DNA of 64,000 nucleotides from an uncultured Cycloclasticus sp. (GCA_913057515.1 CAJXOJ010000004.1:35773-99772), one strand, 5' to 3'. Shown: positions 51,378 through 61,952, counted from the stretch's first letter. Notes: a model not told the origin generated them from the sequence alone. Program-made: numbers and translations.

Positions 51378-51692
51378 ATGTCAGAATTTAACAATGTAAC
51401 AATAGTCAAGAAAGCGAATGTGTATTTCGATGGAAAGGTGGTAAGCCGAACACTGACCTTACAAGATGGCTCAGTAAAAACGTTAGGTTATATGATGCCT
51501 GGAGAGTATGATTTCAATACAGCAGCAGCAGAGGTGATGGAAATATTGGATGGTCAGTTAGACGTGTTGTTACCAGGTTCAAGTGATTGGTTAGCGGTTA
51601 AGGCTGGGGAATCTTTTGATGTACCTGCCAGTTCAAATTTCCAACTCAAGGTCTATCAGGCAACAGATTATTGCTGTTCGTTTATTGAGTAA
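51378..51692 (+). CDS. ppnP: Pyrimidine/purine nucleoside phosphorylase
   Basis: [17 protein letters not shown]...E.M, DYCCS; start ATG 51378. Confidence 0.9.
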   Translation: MSEFNNVTIVKKANVYFDGKVVSRTLTLQDGSVKTLGYMMPGEYDFNTAAAEVMEILDGQLDVLLPGSSDWLAVKAGESFDVPASSNFQLKVYQATDYCCSFIE

Positions 51693-51773
51693 AAAGGGTA
51701 ATAAATAACAATGTCATCAAATGGTCACTGATAGCTTGTAACCTGCTGATAAGTTGATTTGAGATAATAAATT

Positions 51774-53213
51774 ATGGCTGATTACAAGAAACCAAGACGC
51801 ACTAAAATTATTGCAACGTTAGGGCCTGCGACTGATGAAGAAACTATTTTAGAAGGGTTAATTAAGGCAGGTGTTGACGTAGTTCGCCTAAACTTTTCAC
51901 ATGGCCATGCGGATGAGCATAAGCAGCGCGCGGAAGCTGTAAAAAAACTGTCAGCAAAGTTGGGTCGTCATGTCGGCATTCTTGCAGATTTACAAGGGCC
52001 AAAAATTCGTATTGCTCGGTTTACAGAAGGGAAAATAACCCTGCAAGAGAATGCTAAGTTTACGATTGATGTAGCGTTAGAAGCTTCTAGTGGTAACGCC
52101 ACTGAAGTTGGTTGTGAATATAAAGAATTAGCGAAAGATGTGTCTAGTGGTGATCGCTTATTATTAGATGATGGCCGTATTGTGTTAGATGTGAATGACG
52201 TTAAAGGGTCTAAAATTGAATGCAGCGTCGTTATACCGGGTATCCTTTCAAACAATAAAGGTATTAACGTTCAAGGTGGTGGTTTATCGGCCAAAGCACT
52301 GACCGACAAAGATCTACTAGATATAAAAACGGCAGCTGAGATAGGCGTGGATTTTGTTGCTGTGTCATTTCCAAGAAATGCAGAAGATATGCATCAAGCT
52401 CGTGCGTTAGTTGAAGCGGCAGGCTGCAGGGCTCATTTAGTGGCAAAGATAGAGCGTGCTGAGGCGCTGGATGTGCTTGAGGAGATGATTGATGCGTCTG
52501 ATGTCGTTATGGTCGCTAGAGGGGACCTAGGCGTGGAAATCGGCGATGCCAATTTACCACCTGTTCAAAAGAACATCATCAGAATGGCGCGAGATAGAAA
52601 TACAGCGGTTATTACTGCTACGCAGATGATGGAGTCTATGATTGAAAATGCGATTCCAACACGTGCAGAGGTGTTTGATGTCGCTAACGCCGTGTCGGAT
52701 GGAACTGATGCGGTGATGTTGTCAGCTGAAACATCGGTTGGCAAATACCCCGTTCATACCGTTGAGGCAATGGGACGGATTTGCGAAGAGACTGAACGCC
52801 AACCTAATACAATTCGATCTAGACACCGTATGGGTAAAGAGTTTGGCAGAATTGATGAAGCGATTGCATTATCGGCGATGTATGTTGCAAACCATACTGA
52901 TATAAAGGCGATAGCGGCATTTACCGAATCGGGTAGTACCCCCATGCGCATGTCCAGAATCAGCTCTGGGATTCCTATTTTTGCAATGGCACCAGATAGT
53001 GAGATTTGTCGTCGAGTAACGATGTATCGTGGTGTTACCCCCGTGTTATTAAAAGCACCAGAAAGTCGTTCAATCGATGCTAATCAAGCGGCGATAAGCA
53101 AGCTGAAACAACTTGAGATAGTTCATCAAGGTGATTTAGTGATTGTTACAATAGGTGAGATGACAGGACAGCAGGGCGGTACAAATACAATGAAGATACT
53201 TCAGGTCGAATAA
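51774..53213 (+). CDS. pyk: Pyruvate kinase (PykA type)
   Basis: RRTKIIATLGPA, DLQGPKIR, AKIERAE, MVARGDLGVE, TQMMESM. Confidence 0.97.
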   Translation: MADYKKPRRTKIIATLGPATDEETILEGLIKAGVDVVRLNFSHGHADEHKQRAEAVKKLSAKLGRHVGILADLQGPKIRIARFTEGKITLQENAKFTIDVALEASSGNATEVGCEYKELAKDVSSGDRLLLDDGRIVLDVNDVKGSKIECSVVIPGILSNNKGINVQGGGLSAKALTDKDLLDIKTAAEIGVDFVAVSFPRNAEDMHQARALVEAAGCRAHLVAKIERAEALDVLEEMIDASDVVMVARGDLGVEIGDANLPPVQKNIIRMARDRNTAVITATQMMESMIENAIPTRAEVFDVANAVSDGTDAVMLSAETSVGKYPVHTVEAMGRICEETERQPNTIRSRHRMGKEFGRIDEAIALSAMYVANHTDIKAIAAFTESGSTPMRMSRISSGIPIFAMAPDSEICRRVTMYRGVTPVLLKAPESRSIDANQAAISKLKQLEIVHQGDLVIVTIGEMTGQQGGTNTMKILQVE

Positions 53214-53256
53214 TATAACTCTCGCTATCGTAGAGTGATCGTTTGTTTTTAGCGAT

Positions 53257-54069
53257 ATGGACAATACTATAGACAATGTTCTTCCTATTCAGCAATCTCT
53301 TGCGCTGGTTGAAGGTAAGCCATATAAGGATTTACCTGATGACTTGTATATTCCCCCTGATGCCCTAGAGGTTTTTTTAGAAACGTTTGAAGGCCCTTTA
53401 GATTTATTGCTTTATCTCATCAAGCATCAAAACTTAGATATTCTTGATATACCCGTTTTAAAGATTACCCAGCAATATATTGAATATATAGAGCTCATGC
53501 AAAACTTACGGATGGAATTGGCTGCTGAATATCTTGTTATGGCCGCGATGCTGGCTGAGATAAAATCAAAAATGCTGTTGCCTAAAAAGGTGGATGAGCT
53601 GGATGATGAAGAGGATCCGCGTGCAGAATTAATAAGAAGGTTACAAGAATACGAACGCTTTAAACGAGCAGCCGATGATATTGATGCGATGCCTCGTTTA
53701 TACCGAGATAATTACTTAGCAACCGCTGATTTGATTGTTTGTAAAATAAATAAGCCGGTGCCAGATGTTGAGTTGAATGCCATATTATTAGCATTTCAAG
53801 ATGTTCTGAGGCGCGCTGAGAAGTTTTCTCACCACCAGATTCAACGTGAACCGTTATCAGTAAGAGAAAGGATGTCGACTATTTTGCTAGTGCTAGGAGA
53901 TAGTGCGCAAGAATTTTTAGGTTTTCATTCTTTTTTTACAGTTGAAGAAGGAAAAGGTGGCGCCGTTGTAACCTTTTTAGCTATTTTGGAGTTATCCAAA
54001 GAGGGTTTGATTGACATTATTCAAGGCGAGCCAATGTCAGATGTTTGGCTTAAACCCATCATCGACTAA
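53257..54069 (+). CDS. scpA: Segregation and condensation protein A (SMC kleisin)
   Basis: FEGPLDLLLYLI, AAEYLVMAA, EDPRAEL, FLAILEL. Confidence 0.95.
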   Translation: MDNTIDNVLPIQQSLALVEGKPYKDLPDDLYIPPDALEVFLETFEGPLDLLLYLIKHQNLDILDIPVLKITQQYIEYIELMQNLRMELAAEYLVMAAMLAEIKSKMLLPKKVDELDDEEDPRAELIRRLQEYERFKRAADDIDAMPRLYRDNYLATADLIVCKINKPVPDVELNAILLAFQDVLRRAEKFSHHQIQREPLSVRERMSTILLVLGDSAQEFLGFHSFFTVEEGKGGAVVTFLAILELSKEGLIDIIQGEPMSDVWLKPIID

Positions 54070-54084
54070 TATATTTTACTAACT

Positions 54085-54699
54085 ATGGAATTAAAACAGA
54101 TCATTGAAGCCAGCTTGTTTGCAGCTAATGAACCTTTATCTATCGTGGAGCTACAAGGCGTATTCCTTCTCGAAGACCGGCCTGATAAACATGCTGTACA
54201 TGATGCTATTAAACAGTTACAAGAGGAATGTTTGCTCAGAAGTATAGAGCTGATTGAGGTGGCGAGTGGTTACCGCTTTCAGGTTAAATCTACTTATTCA
54301 CCTTGGGTGGCAAGATTGTGGGAAGAAAAACCTGTAAAATACGGACGTGCCTTGCTTGAAACACTGGCAATTATCGCTTATCAGCAACCTGCCACTCGAG
54401 GCGAAGTTGAGGAGATTAGGGGTGTTGCTGTTAGCACTAACATTATTCGTACATTACAAGAAAGAGAATGGGTGCGTGTGATAGGGCATAAAGAAGTACC
54501 CGGTAGGCCTGCCTTGTATGTAACAACTAAAGAGTTTTTAGATTATTTCAATTTGCAAACACTGGCCGAGCTACCACCGCTGGCAAGCTTACTAGATATA
54601 GACTTACAGCCACGCACCAATGTACAGCTTAACCTGGGTGATGATGCCCCAACAAAGAAAGATACTATTCAAAATGAAAAAAAATATTCCTCAACGTGA
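54085..54699 (+). CDS. scpB: Segregation and condensation protein B
   Basis: IEASLF, LETLAIIAYQQP.TR..VE.IRGV, FLDYF.L. Confidence 0.95.
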   Translation: MELKQIIEASLFAANEPLSIVELQGVFLLEDRPDKHAVHDAIKQLQEECLLRSIELIEVASGYRFQVKSTYSPWVARLWEEKPVKYGRALLETLAIIAYQQPATRGEVEEIRGVAVSTNIIRTLQEREWVRVIGHKEVPGRPALYVTTKEFLDYFNLQTLAELPPLASLLDIDLQPRTNVQLNLGDDAPTKKDTIQNEKKYSST

Positions 54700-55468
54700 T
54701 TCATCAACTGCCTCCAATAAAACAAAGAGTCAGCAGCCGGAACGTATTCAAAAGTTACTCGCGCAGGCGGGCGTTGGTTCGCGTCGACAAGTAGAAAAGT
54801 GGATTTTAGACGGTGCTATTCAGGTTAATGGTGATGTTGCCAAGCTGGGTGATAAAATCACTACGCGTGATATTGTTAAGCTAAGAGGGAAACCCGTTAA
54901 GCTGGCGGGTAAATTGGAGGTTGATACGCAAGTCTTGATCTATCATAAACCAACTGGCGAAATTGTCAGCAAAAGAGACCCAGAGGGTCGTCCAAGTGTT
55001 TTTAAGCGATTACCACGTTTAAAAATGGGTCGTTGGATTGCTGTAGGCCGACTAGATCTTAATACCCAAGGCTTGTTGATGTTCACCAACGATGGTGAGT
55101 TAGCGAATAAATTGATGCATCCTTCACAGCAAATTGATCGAGAGTATGCAGTTCGAGTCATGGGAACGGTGACCCACGAAATGCTTGACCGCCTTGTGAA
55201 TGGTGTTGAGTTAGAAGATGGTAAAGCACGTTTTGAAGACGTTCAAGAATCAGGCGGTGAAGGTGTTAACCGTTGGTTCCATGTAGTCGTGGCCGAGGGA
55301 CGTAATCGCGTGGTGAGAAGGCTTTGGGAATCTCAGGGCTGCAAAGTAAGTCGCTTGATTAGAGTGCGTTATGGAACCGTTTTTTTACCACCCGGTTTAC
55401 CAGCCGGCCAACACCAGCTTCTTGATAAAAAAGAAGTGCAAGCACTAAAGTCGTTAATGACTGATTAG
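54674..55468 (+). CDS. rluB: 23S rRNA pseudouridine(2605) synthase
   Basis: S4 domain RIQKLLAQAG.GSRR, GRLDLNTQGL, EGRNR.VRR; follows scpB; start ATG 54674. Confidence 0.92.
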   Translation: MKKNIPQRDSSTASNKTKSQQPERIQKLLAQAGVGSRRQVEKWILDGAIQVNGDVAKLGDKITTRDIVKLRGKPVKLAGKLEVDTQVLIYHKPTGEIVSKRDPEGRPSVFKRLPRLKMGRWIAVGRLDLNTQGLLMFTNDGELANKLMHPSQQIDREYAVRVMGTVTHEMLDRLVNGVELEDGKARFEDVQESGGEGVNRWFHVVVAEGRNRVVRRLWESQGCKVSRLIRVRYGTVFLPPGLPAGQHQLLDKKEVQALKSLMTD

Positions 55469-56376
55469 GCACTAACAGCTTTATTACGACCGGTTTGTTT
55501 TGCCTCATAGAGCGCTTTATCACCTCGCTCCATCATTGTATCTAAGGCTTCGTTCTCACGGTAGCTTGTAACGCCCATGCTGACGGTGACATTAAATTCA
55601 GCGTTAGCATAATGGATGCTGACCGATTGCACAGCACGACGTAGCCTTTCAGCAAATAATTCCGCGCCTTTCAAGTCAGTAGCATTTAGCAATACCGCAA
55701 ACTCTTCTCCACCGATTCTGAAAATATGGTCACTTTCACGTGCAGTACGCTCGATACACTTCGTTACTTCTTGTAAGGCTAAGTCTCCAGCGGCATGACC
55801 ATAGGTGTCGTTAACGGCTTTAAAAAAGTCAATATCAAGCGTGACTAAGGTTAACTCAGAATGATGACGCTTCGATAAAGAGGTTTCTTTTTGGAAGACA
55901 GATTGCAAAGTTGAGCGATTAAGCACACCAGTGAGTGGGTCGGTGTGTGCAGATTGGATAGCTTGAAAGTAGAGTAGAGTATTTTTTAAAGGATACAGTA
56001 GAGCACCTATAGATTTTTCGATAGTCTCAAGCTCAGGTTCGCTAAAGCGTACTCGGCGCATAAACGTAAGCTTCCCAAGATAAGTATTTTCTATTGATAA
56101 ATCATACTCACACTTATGGTTACTTCGTTGACCAAATTTTGTAGATATATTTAATTGATCGTGTTCATAAGTAACCCCGCTATGGCTGACTATTTTTAAT
56201 AGTTCTACGTGAAAAATAGGCAGTAACTCATCTAAATTGATGGTCGTTTGAAGTGCATTAATGAGTGAATTTAGGTTGCTATTTTGTTTAAGCAACCCTA
56301 ATTCTTGAGCTTCAGTCGCGATAGTATTTTTACTTTTTCTTAATTCCATAATAATTTGCTCAGTTGAAATGGTCAT
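55465..56376 (-). CDS. Diguanylate cyclase (small N-terminal domain plus GGDEF)
   Basis: DPLTG, DIDFFKAVND.YGH, I-site RESD, intact GGEEF. Confidence 0.93.
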   Translation of the reverse strand: MTISTEQIIMELRKSKNTIATEAQELGLLKQNSNLNSLINALQTTINLDELLPIFHVELLKIVSHSGVTYEHDQLNISTKFGQRSNHKCEYDLSIENTYLGKLTFMRRVRFSEPELETIEKSIGALLYPLKNTLLYFQAIQSAHTDPLTGVLNRSTLQSVFQKETSLSKRHHSELTLVTLDIDFFKAVNDTYGHAAGDLALQEVTKCIERTARESDHIFRIGGEEFAVLLNATDLKGAELFAERLRRAVQSVSIHYANAEFNVTVSMGVTSYRENEALDTMMERGDKALYEAKQTGRNKAVSA

Positions 56377-56410
56377 ATTGCATCTGTAAATTTTGGTTTA
56401 AATATCTTAA

Positions 56411-56502
56411 AGCGATATTTATGCCAATTATTAAAAGATAATTTAAATCAATGAGTTAGATTATATGTTCTTAAGTATTTATTAATTAGACAGTAAATTG
56501 AC
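56411..56502 (-). promoter_or_regulatory. Sigma54 promoter with IHF site and FleQ box upstream of the diguanylate cyclase
   Basis: Minus strand TGGCATAAATATCGCT 56426-56411 (GG-N10-GC); IHF consensus AATCAATGAGTTA 56446-56458; GACAGTAAATTGAC 56489-56502. Confidence 0.75.
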
Positions 56503-56582
56503 GCATTGAGTTCGTCAACTTGATGTTGGCAGGTAAGCGAAGTAGAAGGCTTTTTAAAGCTTTATAGTAAGAGTGGAGGGCT

Positions 56583-57056
56583 TTATTGCCCGACCAGTTT
56601 TAAAACTTTTTTGATTTCCCATGTATTATCAGGGTTGCGTATGGATATATACCATTTACCTGGTTGAGGTATAAGAGACGAGGATTGATATATCCCCTCT
56701 GCTATTCTAGTGACAGCGAAAGATTGATCGTGTGGACTGATTGTTGCGTGCCTCAGGTCAATAAGCAGCTTATTAGGCTGCTTTTCTAAGCCAATGAGTT
56801 GCAGGTTAAACGTCGTTCTATTAGTACTGATGATTGCTGATAACCCTAATTTTTTTGCATTGGCTTCAAGTTGCATGTTCGCATTAATAGCAAGACCTTC
56901 TTTATAATAATTTCCAGAGACTAATGAAGGAGGGCTTTTTTGTGCAATATAAAATGTTACCAGACCGGCAATAACGACCGATAAAGGTAAAAGAATTAAA
57001 AACCAAGGCCAAAACTGTTTGTACCAAGGCAGGGTGTCGTTTGCGCTATTATTCAT
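56583..57056 (-). CDS. ccoH: cbb3 assembly protein FixH/CcoH
   Basis: PWYKQFWPWFLI, YYKEGLAIN, GKWYI; downstream of ccoG. Confidence 0.9.
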   Translation of the reverse strand: MNNSANDTLPWYKQFWPWFLILLPLSVVIAGLVTFYIAQKSPPSLVSGNYYKEGLAINANMQLEANAKKLGLSAIISTNRTTFNLQLIGLEKQPNKLLIDLRHATISPHDQSFAVTRIAEGIYQSSSLIPQPGKWYISIRNPDNTWEIKKVLKLVGQ

Positions 57057-57058
57057 AT

Positions 57059-58447
57059 TTATGGATCTAGTGGGCCAATAAAGCGGCCTTCAGACTCAGT
57101 AGTGATGGTAGGGTCATCTATCGCTTGCAAGGTTAAGTTAATTTTTATAGAGGTTTGATGGAGTGCCTCAGGTTCAGCAGACAATAATAACGGTATTTCC
57201 AATACTTGGCCGGCTTTTACGCTAATAGGTTCTTTGATAGATGACTGTAGGCCATCAATCCCCGTCGCTTTTAATAAGTAGTTGTGTTCAATGATATCCA
57301 TGTTTAGCACTTTAATAGTGTAACTATTACTGATAGTGCCTTCAAAGTTTTCACGGTATAAGGCATTTCTGTCTCTGAGTATATTGAGAGCAATGGAATC
57401 ACGCGTTTCAATAGAATAGACAACACCAGACAAAATACTAAGCAGAAATATGGTATAAATGAGAATTCTAGGACGTAAGATACTAGTTTTCTTCCCTTCC
57501 ATTGTGTTCTCAGTGGTATATCTAACAAGCCCACGTGGATAATTCATCTTATCCATCACATCATCACATACGTCAATACATGCTGCGCAACCAATGCATT
57601 CGTACTGTAAGCCGTTTCTAATATCAATGCCGGTAGGGCAGACTTGGACACATAGAGAGCAGTCAACACAACTGCCTAATTGTTTTGCCTCAATGTCCTC
57701 GCCTTTTTTTCTGCGACCTCTTGGCTCACCTCGTAAGGCGTCATATGAAATAACAAGGGAGTCTTTGTCTAGCATGGCACTTTGGAATCGTGCATATGGG
57801 CACATATACATGCAGACTTGCTCCCTTAACCAACCAGCATTGCCGTAGGTTGCTAGACTGTAAAAGATGAGCCAAAAGGTTTCCCATGGTCCTAAACTAA
57901 AGGACATAATACTTTGAGCTAACTCTCTAATAGGGGTGAAAAAGCCGACAAAAGTAAACCCTGTATAAAGGGAGAATAAGATCCAAATAGTATGTTTTGT
58001 AGCTTTTATACGAAATTTAGTGAAACTATTATCCTGTTTATCAAGCTTCTTCTGTTGCGAGTGCGAGCCCTCAACTTTTCGCTCAATCCATAAAAATACT
58101 TCAGTCCATACTGTTTGAGGGCAGGCGTAGCCACACCATAGTCGGCCTGCTAGTGCGGTGAATAAGAATAAGGCAAACGCGGCACATATGAGGAGTAGAG
58201 CAAGGTAGATAAAGTCTTGGGGCCAGAAGATCCAATCAAGAATGTAAAATTTACGTTCAGGTAAATCAAAAAGAACCATTTGGCGATCATTTAGGTTGAA
58301 CCATGGTATTAAATAATAGATGCCAAGAAGCACGCTGACGCCAAGAATACGAAGATTGGCGAAGAGTCCATGTACTTCACGTGGGTATATTTTTTTTCTC
58401 TTTTCAAAAAGAGATGACTCTGTCGAGTCGTTTTTTTTAACAGTCAT
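57059..58447 (-). CDS. ccoG: cbb3 accessory Fe-S membrane protein FixG/CcoG
   Basis: GRLWCGYACPQT, CPYARFQ, CVDCSLCVQVCPTG, CIGCAACIDVC. Confidence 0.96.
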   Translation of the reverse strand: MTVKKNDSTESSLFEKRKKIYPREVHGLFANLRILGVSVLLGIYYLIPWFNLNDRQMVLFDLPERKFYILDWIFWPQDFIYLALLLICAAFALFLFTALAGRLWCGYACPQTVWTEVFLWIERKVEGSHSQQKKLDKQDNSFTKFRIKATKHTIWILFSLYTGFTFVGFFTPIRELAQSIMSFSLGPWETFWLIFYSLATYGNAGWLREQVCMYMCPYARFQSAMLDKDSLVISYDALRGEPRGRRKKGEDIEAKQLGSCVDCSLCVQVCPTGIDIRNGLQYECIGCAACIDVCDDVMDKMNYPRGLVRYTTENTMEGKKTSILRPRILIYTIFLLSILSGVVYSIETRDSIALNILRDRNALYRENFEGTISNSYTIKVLNMDIIEHNYLLKATGIDGLQSSIKEPISVKAGQVLEIPLLLSAEPEALHQTSIKINLTLQAIDDPTITTESEGRFIGPLDP

Positions 58448-58686
58448 TTTTTGTTAGATGCACCACGTGAAAATATGATGGAAAAAAAACCGCTCCATGC
58501 ACATACTAACCAAAATAAAAAGAATCCAGTGGAGTAAGCACCCAAATACGAAATGTTGTTAAAACCCAGTTGCGATGCAATCACTAATGGGTCAAGGGTG
58601 CTGAAAACAATACCACTTAGGGCACTGGCCATCCAAAAGGATGGCCAAAGTGAGCCGATAATGATTTGTTTTATACTTAGCTTCAT
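58444..58686 (-). CDS. Small two-TM hypothetical protein within the cco operon
   Basis: 80 aa, LWPSF...F..LDP...AYSTGFFLFW; 4 nt after ccoP, overlaps ccoG start. Confidence 0.75.
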   Translation of the reverse strand: MKLSIKQIIIGSLWPSFWMASALSGIVFSTLDPLVIASQLGFNNISYLGAYSTGFFLFWLVCAWSGFFSIIFSRGASNKK

Positions 58687-58690
58687 GGCT

Positions 58691-59581
58691 TTAATCGCTT
58701 GATAAGCTGTATACGTAGGCCGCCAAGATATGTACCTTATCTTCTCCTAAAAACTCTTGATGAGCCGGCATGTGACCTTTTCGGCCATGAGTGATCGATT
58801 CAATTATTTTGTTACGTGATGCGCCATATAGCCAGATTTTATCAGCAAGGTTTGGTGCGCCTAATAGAGGGTTGCCGGTCGCATCAGCTTGATGACATAC
58901 TGCACAATAACTGGCAAACAACTCTTTACCGCGTTGGGCATCAGTTGCTTTATGCTTTCTACCGGTTAGGCTCATTATATGCTCAGCAAGATATTCAATT
59001 TGTGTGGGCTCTAATATAGTTCCCCAAGCAGCCATTGCAGCGTTACGACCATTAGCGATGGTGTATTTGATATCAGCGGGTGAGCCACCCCAGATCCAGT
59101 CGTTATCTGTTAGGTTTGGATAGCCCCTAGAACCACCGGCATCTGAACCATGGCATTGTGCACAATAGTTAACGAATAATCGCTGGCCGACAAGGTTTGC
59201 TTCCTTGTTTTCACTGAGCTCAATAAGCGGTGTTTCAGCGTATTTGCTAAAAACTGGCCCGTAAACTTCATTTGCCGTAGTCACTTCGTCGTTATATTTT
59301 TTTTCAGATGTCCACCCTAATAATCCGGGGTAGTTTGCAAAACCGGGGTACATGAGTAAGTAGATTAATCCCCAAACAATACCAATGTAGAACATGTACA
59401 GCCACCAGCGAGGCATAGGGTTGTTAAGTTCTCTTAGATCATCATCCCAAACATGACCCGTTACTTCACCTTGTTTAGCTTCACCTTTATTAGGTTTTGC
59501 TACCCATCTAATGAGTAGGTAACCACCGATAATATTTAATAGGATGACAATCGTTACAACGGTAGACCAAAAAACACTCAT
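58691..59581 (-). CDS. ccoP: cbb3-type cytochrome c oxidase subunit III
   Basis: TGHVWD, NNPMPRWW, two CxxCH motifs (CAQCH, CAVCH). Confidence 0.97.
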   Translation of the reverse strand: MSVFWSTVVTIVILLNIIGGYLLIRWVAKPNKGEAKQGEVTGHVWDDDLRELNNPMPRWWLYMFYIGIVWGLIYLLMYPGFANYPGLLGWTSEKKYNDEVTTANEVYGPVFSKYAETPLIELSENKEANLVGQRLFVNYCAQCHGSDAGGSRGYPNLTDNDWIWGGSPADIKYTIANGRNAAMAAWGTILEPTQIEYLAEHIMSLTGRKHKATDAQRGKELFASYCAVCHQADATGNPLLGAPNLADKIWLYGASRNKIIESITHGRKGHMPAHQEFLGEDKVHILAAYVYSLSSD

Positions 59582-59751
59582 TTCTTATCCTCTTGTAATG
59601 TTGCGCTTATCTCGTCGCCTTCAAAAGGTATGTTGGCGGCGTCTTTAAATTCTTTTTTGCGGTCTTTGCTCCAAGCCCAAACCCAAATGGCTATAAAAAG
59701 GACAAAGAGCGCTAGTGTTAAAATAGAGCGCAGTGTATTCATTTCAAACAT
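59578..59751 (-). CDS. ccoQ: cbb3-type cytochrome c oxidase subunit IV (57 aa, absent from the ORF track)
   Basis: Manual translation MFEMNTLRSILTLALFVLFIAIWVWAWSKDRKKEFKDAANIPFEGD...; between ccoO and ccoP. Confidence 0.92.
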   Translation of the reverse strand: MFEMNTLRSILTLALFVLFIAIWVWAWSKDRKKEFKDAANIPFEGDEISATLQEDKK

Positions 59752-59754
59752 ACT

Positions 59755-60363
59755 TTATCTCCTTGTACTGACGTAAGTCCCTAGTACTTGTAAATAGGCA
59801 ATAACAGCATCCATCTCTGTTTTTCCTTCTACTGATGCAGGCGCGCTGGCAATTTCTTCATCTGTATAAGGTGTATTTAGAATGCGAAGAGCGCGCATTT
59901 TGTTAGCAATTAGTTCACCGTCTAATGTGCCTTCATTAAGCCATGGGTACCCTGGCATATTAGATTCCGGAACAACCGATCGAGGATTTGTTAGGTGCAA
60001 TCGGTGCCAATCATCACTATAACGGCCGCCTACACGTTGTAAGTCTGGACCGGTTCTTTTTGAACCCCATTGGAAAGGTCTATCATAAATGAACTCTCCA
60101 GCTAAGGAGTAATGACCATAACGCTCTGTTTCAGCGCGGAATGGGCGAATCATTTGCGAATGGCAACCATAGCAGCCTTCACGTACATAAATGTCTCGCC
60201 CAGCAAGCTGTAAAGAGTTATATGGTTTTAATCCAGAGACAGGCTCGGTAGTTTGTTTCATAAAGAACAGCGGTACAATTTCAATTAATCCGCCTACTGA
60301 AATAACAAGGACGATTAAAATCATCATTAGCCCAATATTAGTTTCAACTTTTTCGTGACTCAT
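59755..60363 (-). CDS. ccoO: cbb3-type cytochrome c oxidase subunit II
   Basis: [34 protein letters not shown]. Confidence 0.98.
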   Translation of the reverse strand: MSHEKVETNIGLMMILIVLVISVGGLIEIVPLFFMKQTTEPVSGLKPYNSLQLAGRDIYVREGCYGCHSQMIRPFRAETERYGHYSLAGEFIYDRPFQWGSKRTGPDLQRVGGRYSDDWHRLHLTNPRSVVPESNMPGYPWLNEGTLDGELIANKMRALRILNTPYTDEEIASAPASVEGKTEMDAVIAYLQVLGTYVSTRR

Positions 60364-60378
60364 TTTAATCTTCTCCAG

Positions 60379-61791
60379 TTAAGCATGTTGGGGTACAAGA
60401 ATATTAGCAGCCTTGGAGCCCTTAATAGTTTTGTATACATTGTAGGCCATGATAAGCATGCCACTTAAGAACATTGCACCACCTAAGAAGCGAATGAGGT
60501 AAAAGGGACGCATACGTAATAAAGCTTCTACAAAACTATAAGTTAGCGTGCCATCATCATTAATGGCTCCCCACATTAATCCTTGCATAACGCCCGCAAT
60601 CCACATAGATGCTACATACAGAACGATACCGATTGTGGCGACCCAGAAGTGTGTTTCAACTAACTTCATGCTAAACATATCTTGTTTGCCAAATAACTTC
60701 GGAATTAAGTAATACAGTGAGCCAATGGTAATCATTGCTACCCAGCCAAGGGCGCCAGAGTGAACGTGTCCGATGGTCCACTCTGTATAATGCGAAAGGG
60801 CATTGACAGATTTAATCGCCATCATTGGGCCTTCAAAAGTAGACATCCCGTAAAAGGATAATGAAACGATTAAGAATTTTAGAATAGGGTCATGGCGAAG
60901 TTTTTGCCATGCGCCGGATAGAGTCATGATGCCATTGATCATGCCGCCCCATGATGGCGCTAATAAAACGATGGAAAAGGCAGTCCCTACTGACTGAACC
61001 CAATCTGGTAAAGCAGTGTAATGAAGATGGTGTGGTCCAGCCCACATGTAAATGGAAATCAGTGCCCAAAAGTGCACGATAGATAAACGGTAAGAATAGA
61101 TAGGACGTTCAGCTTGCTTGGGTACGAAATAATACATCATGCCTAAAAAGCCAGCAGTTAAGAAAAAGCCAACTGCATTATGCCCATACCACCATTGAAC
61201 CATCGCATCGGTTGCACCTGAGTAAATAGGGTATGAATCAGTCAGGCTTACCGGGATTGCCAATGAGCGTACGATATGTAATATAGCCACGGTGATAATA
61301 AAGGCGCCAAAGAACCAGTTTGCAACGTAGATATGAGGTGTTTTACGCTTCATAATAGTGCCAAAGAAGACAATCCCGTAGGCGACCCAAACAACAGCTA
61401 ATAACACATCAATAGGCCAAATAAGTTCGGCATATTCGGAGCTCTGAGTGAAGCCCATGGGGAGAGTGATTGCAGCTAATACGATGATGAGCATCCAGCC
61501 CCAAAATACAAAACTGGCTAAAGCATTACCAAATAATCGTACTTGGCAGGTTCTTTGTACAACGTACAAAGAGGTGGCCATTAAGCCGGAGCCACCAAAT
61601 GCAAAAATAACGGCATTAGTATGTAATGGTCTAAGGCGGCTGTATGTTAACCAAGGTAAGTCAAAATTTAATGCTGGCCAAACTAGCTGTGCGGCGATAA
61701 AAACACCCACAAACATGCCAACAATCCCCCAGACAACGGTCATTATGGAAAATTGTCGAACTACAGTATCGTTGTAAATAGTTGTACTCAT
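60379..61791 (-). CDS. ccoN: cbb3-type cytochrome c oxidase subunit I
   Basis: [34 protein letters not shown]. Confidence 0.98.
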   Translation of the reverse strand: MSTTIYNDTVVRQFSIMTVVWGIVGMFVGVFIAAQLVWPALNFDLPWLTYSRLRPLHTNAVIFAFGGSGLMATSLYVVQRTCQVRLFGNALASFVFWGWMLIIVLAAITLPMGFTQSSEYAELIWPIDVLLAVVWVAYGIVFFGTIMKRKTPHIYVANWFFGAFIITVAILHIVRSLAIPVSLTDSYPIYSGATDAMVQWWYGHNAVGFFLTAGFLGMMYYFVPKQAERPIYSYRLSIVHFWALISIYMWAGPHHLHYTALPDWVQSVGTAFSIVLLAPSWGGMINGIMTLSGAWQKLRHDPILKFLIVSLSFYGMSTFEGPMMAIKSVNALSHYTEWTIGHVHSGALGWVAMITIGSLYYLIPKLFGKQDMFSMKLVETHFWVATIGIVLYVASMWIAGVMQGLMWGAINDDGTLTYSFVEALLRMRPFYLIRFLGGAMFLSGMLIMAYNVYKTIKGSKAANILVPQHA

Positions 61792-61870
61792 ACGAGAATC
61801 TCTGTTATTTAAAATCTTAAGGTTGAATTATAAGTGCTGTAACGCAACACTTGTAGGTGAAATTTATTAT

Positions 61871-61888
61871 AAATGACATAAATCATTT
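61871..61888. promoter_or_regulatory. FNR/Anr-box-like palindrome upstream of ccoN
   Basis: AAATGACATAAATCATTT; core ATGAC-N4-ATCAT versus consensus TTGAT-N4-ATCAA; about 80 bp upstream of the ccoN start. Confidence 0.6.
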
Positions 61889-61952
61889 AAAAACCTATTT
61901 TTAAGGTACTTAAGTGGGGTGCTGCTTAAGCTTTTATTTTTAGATATGCTAA

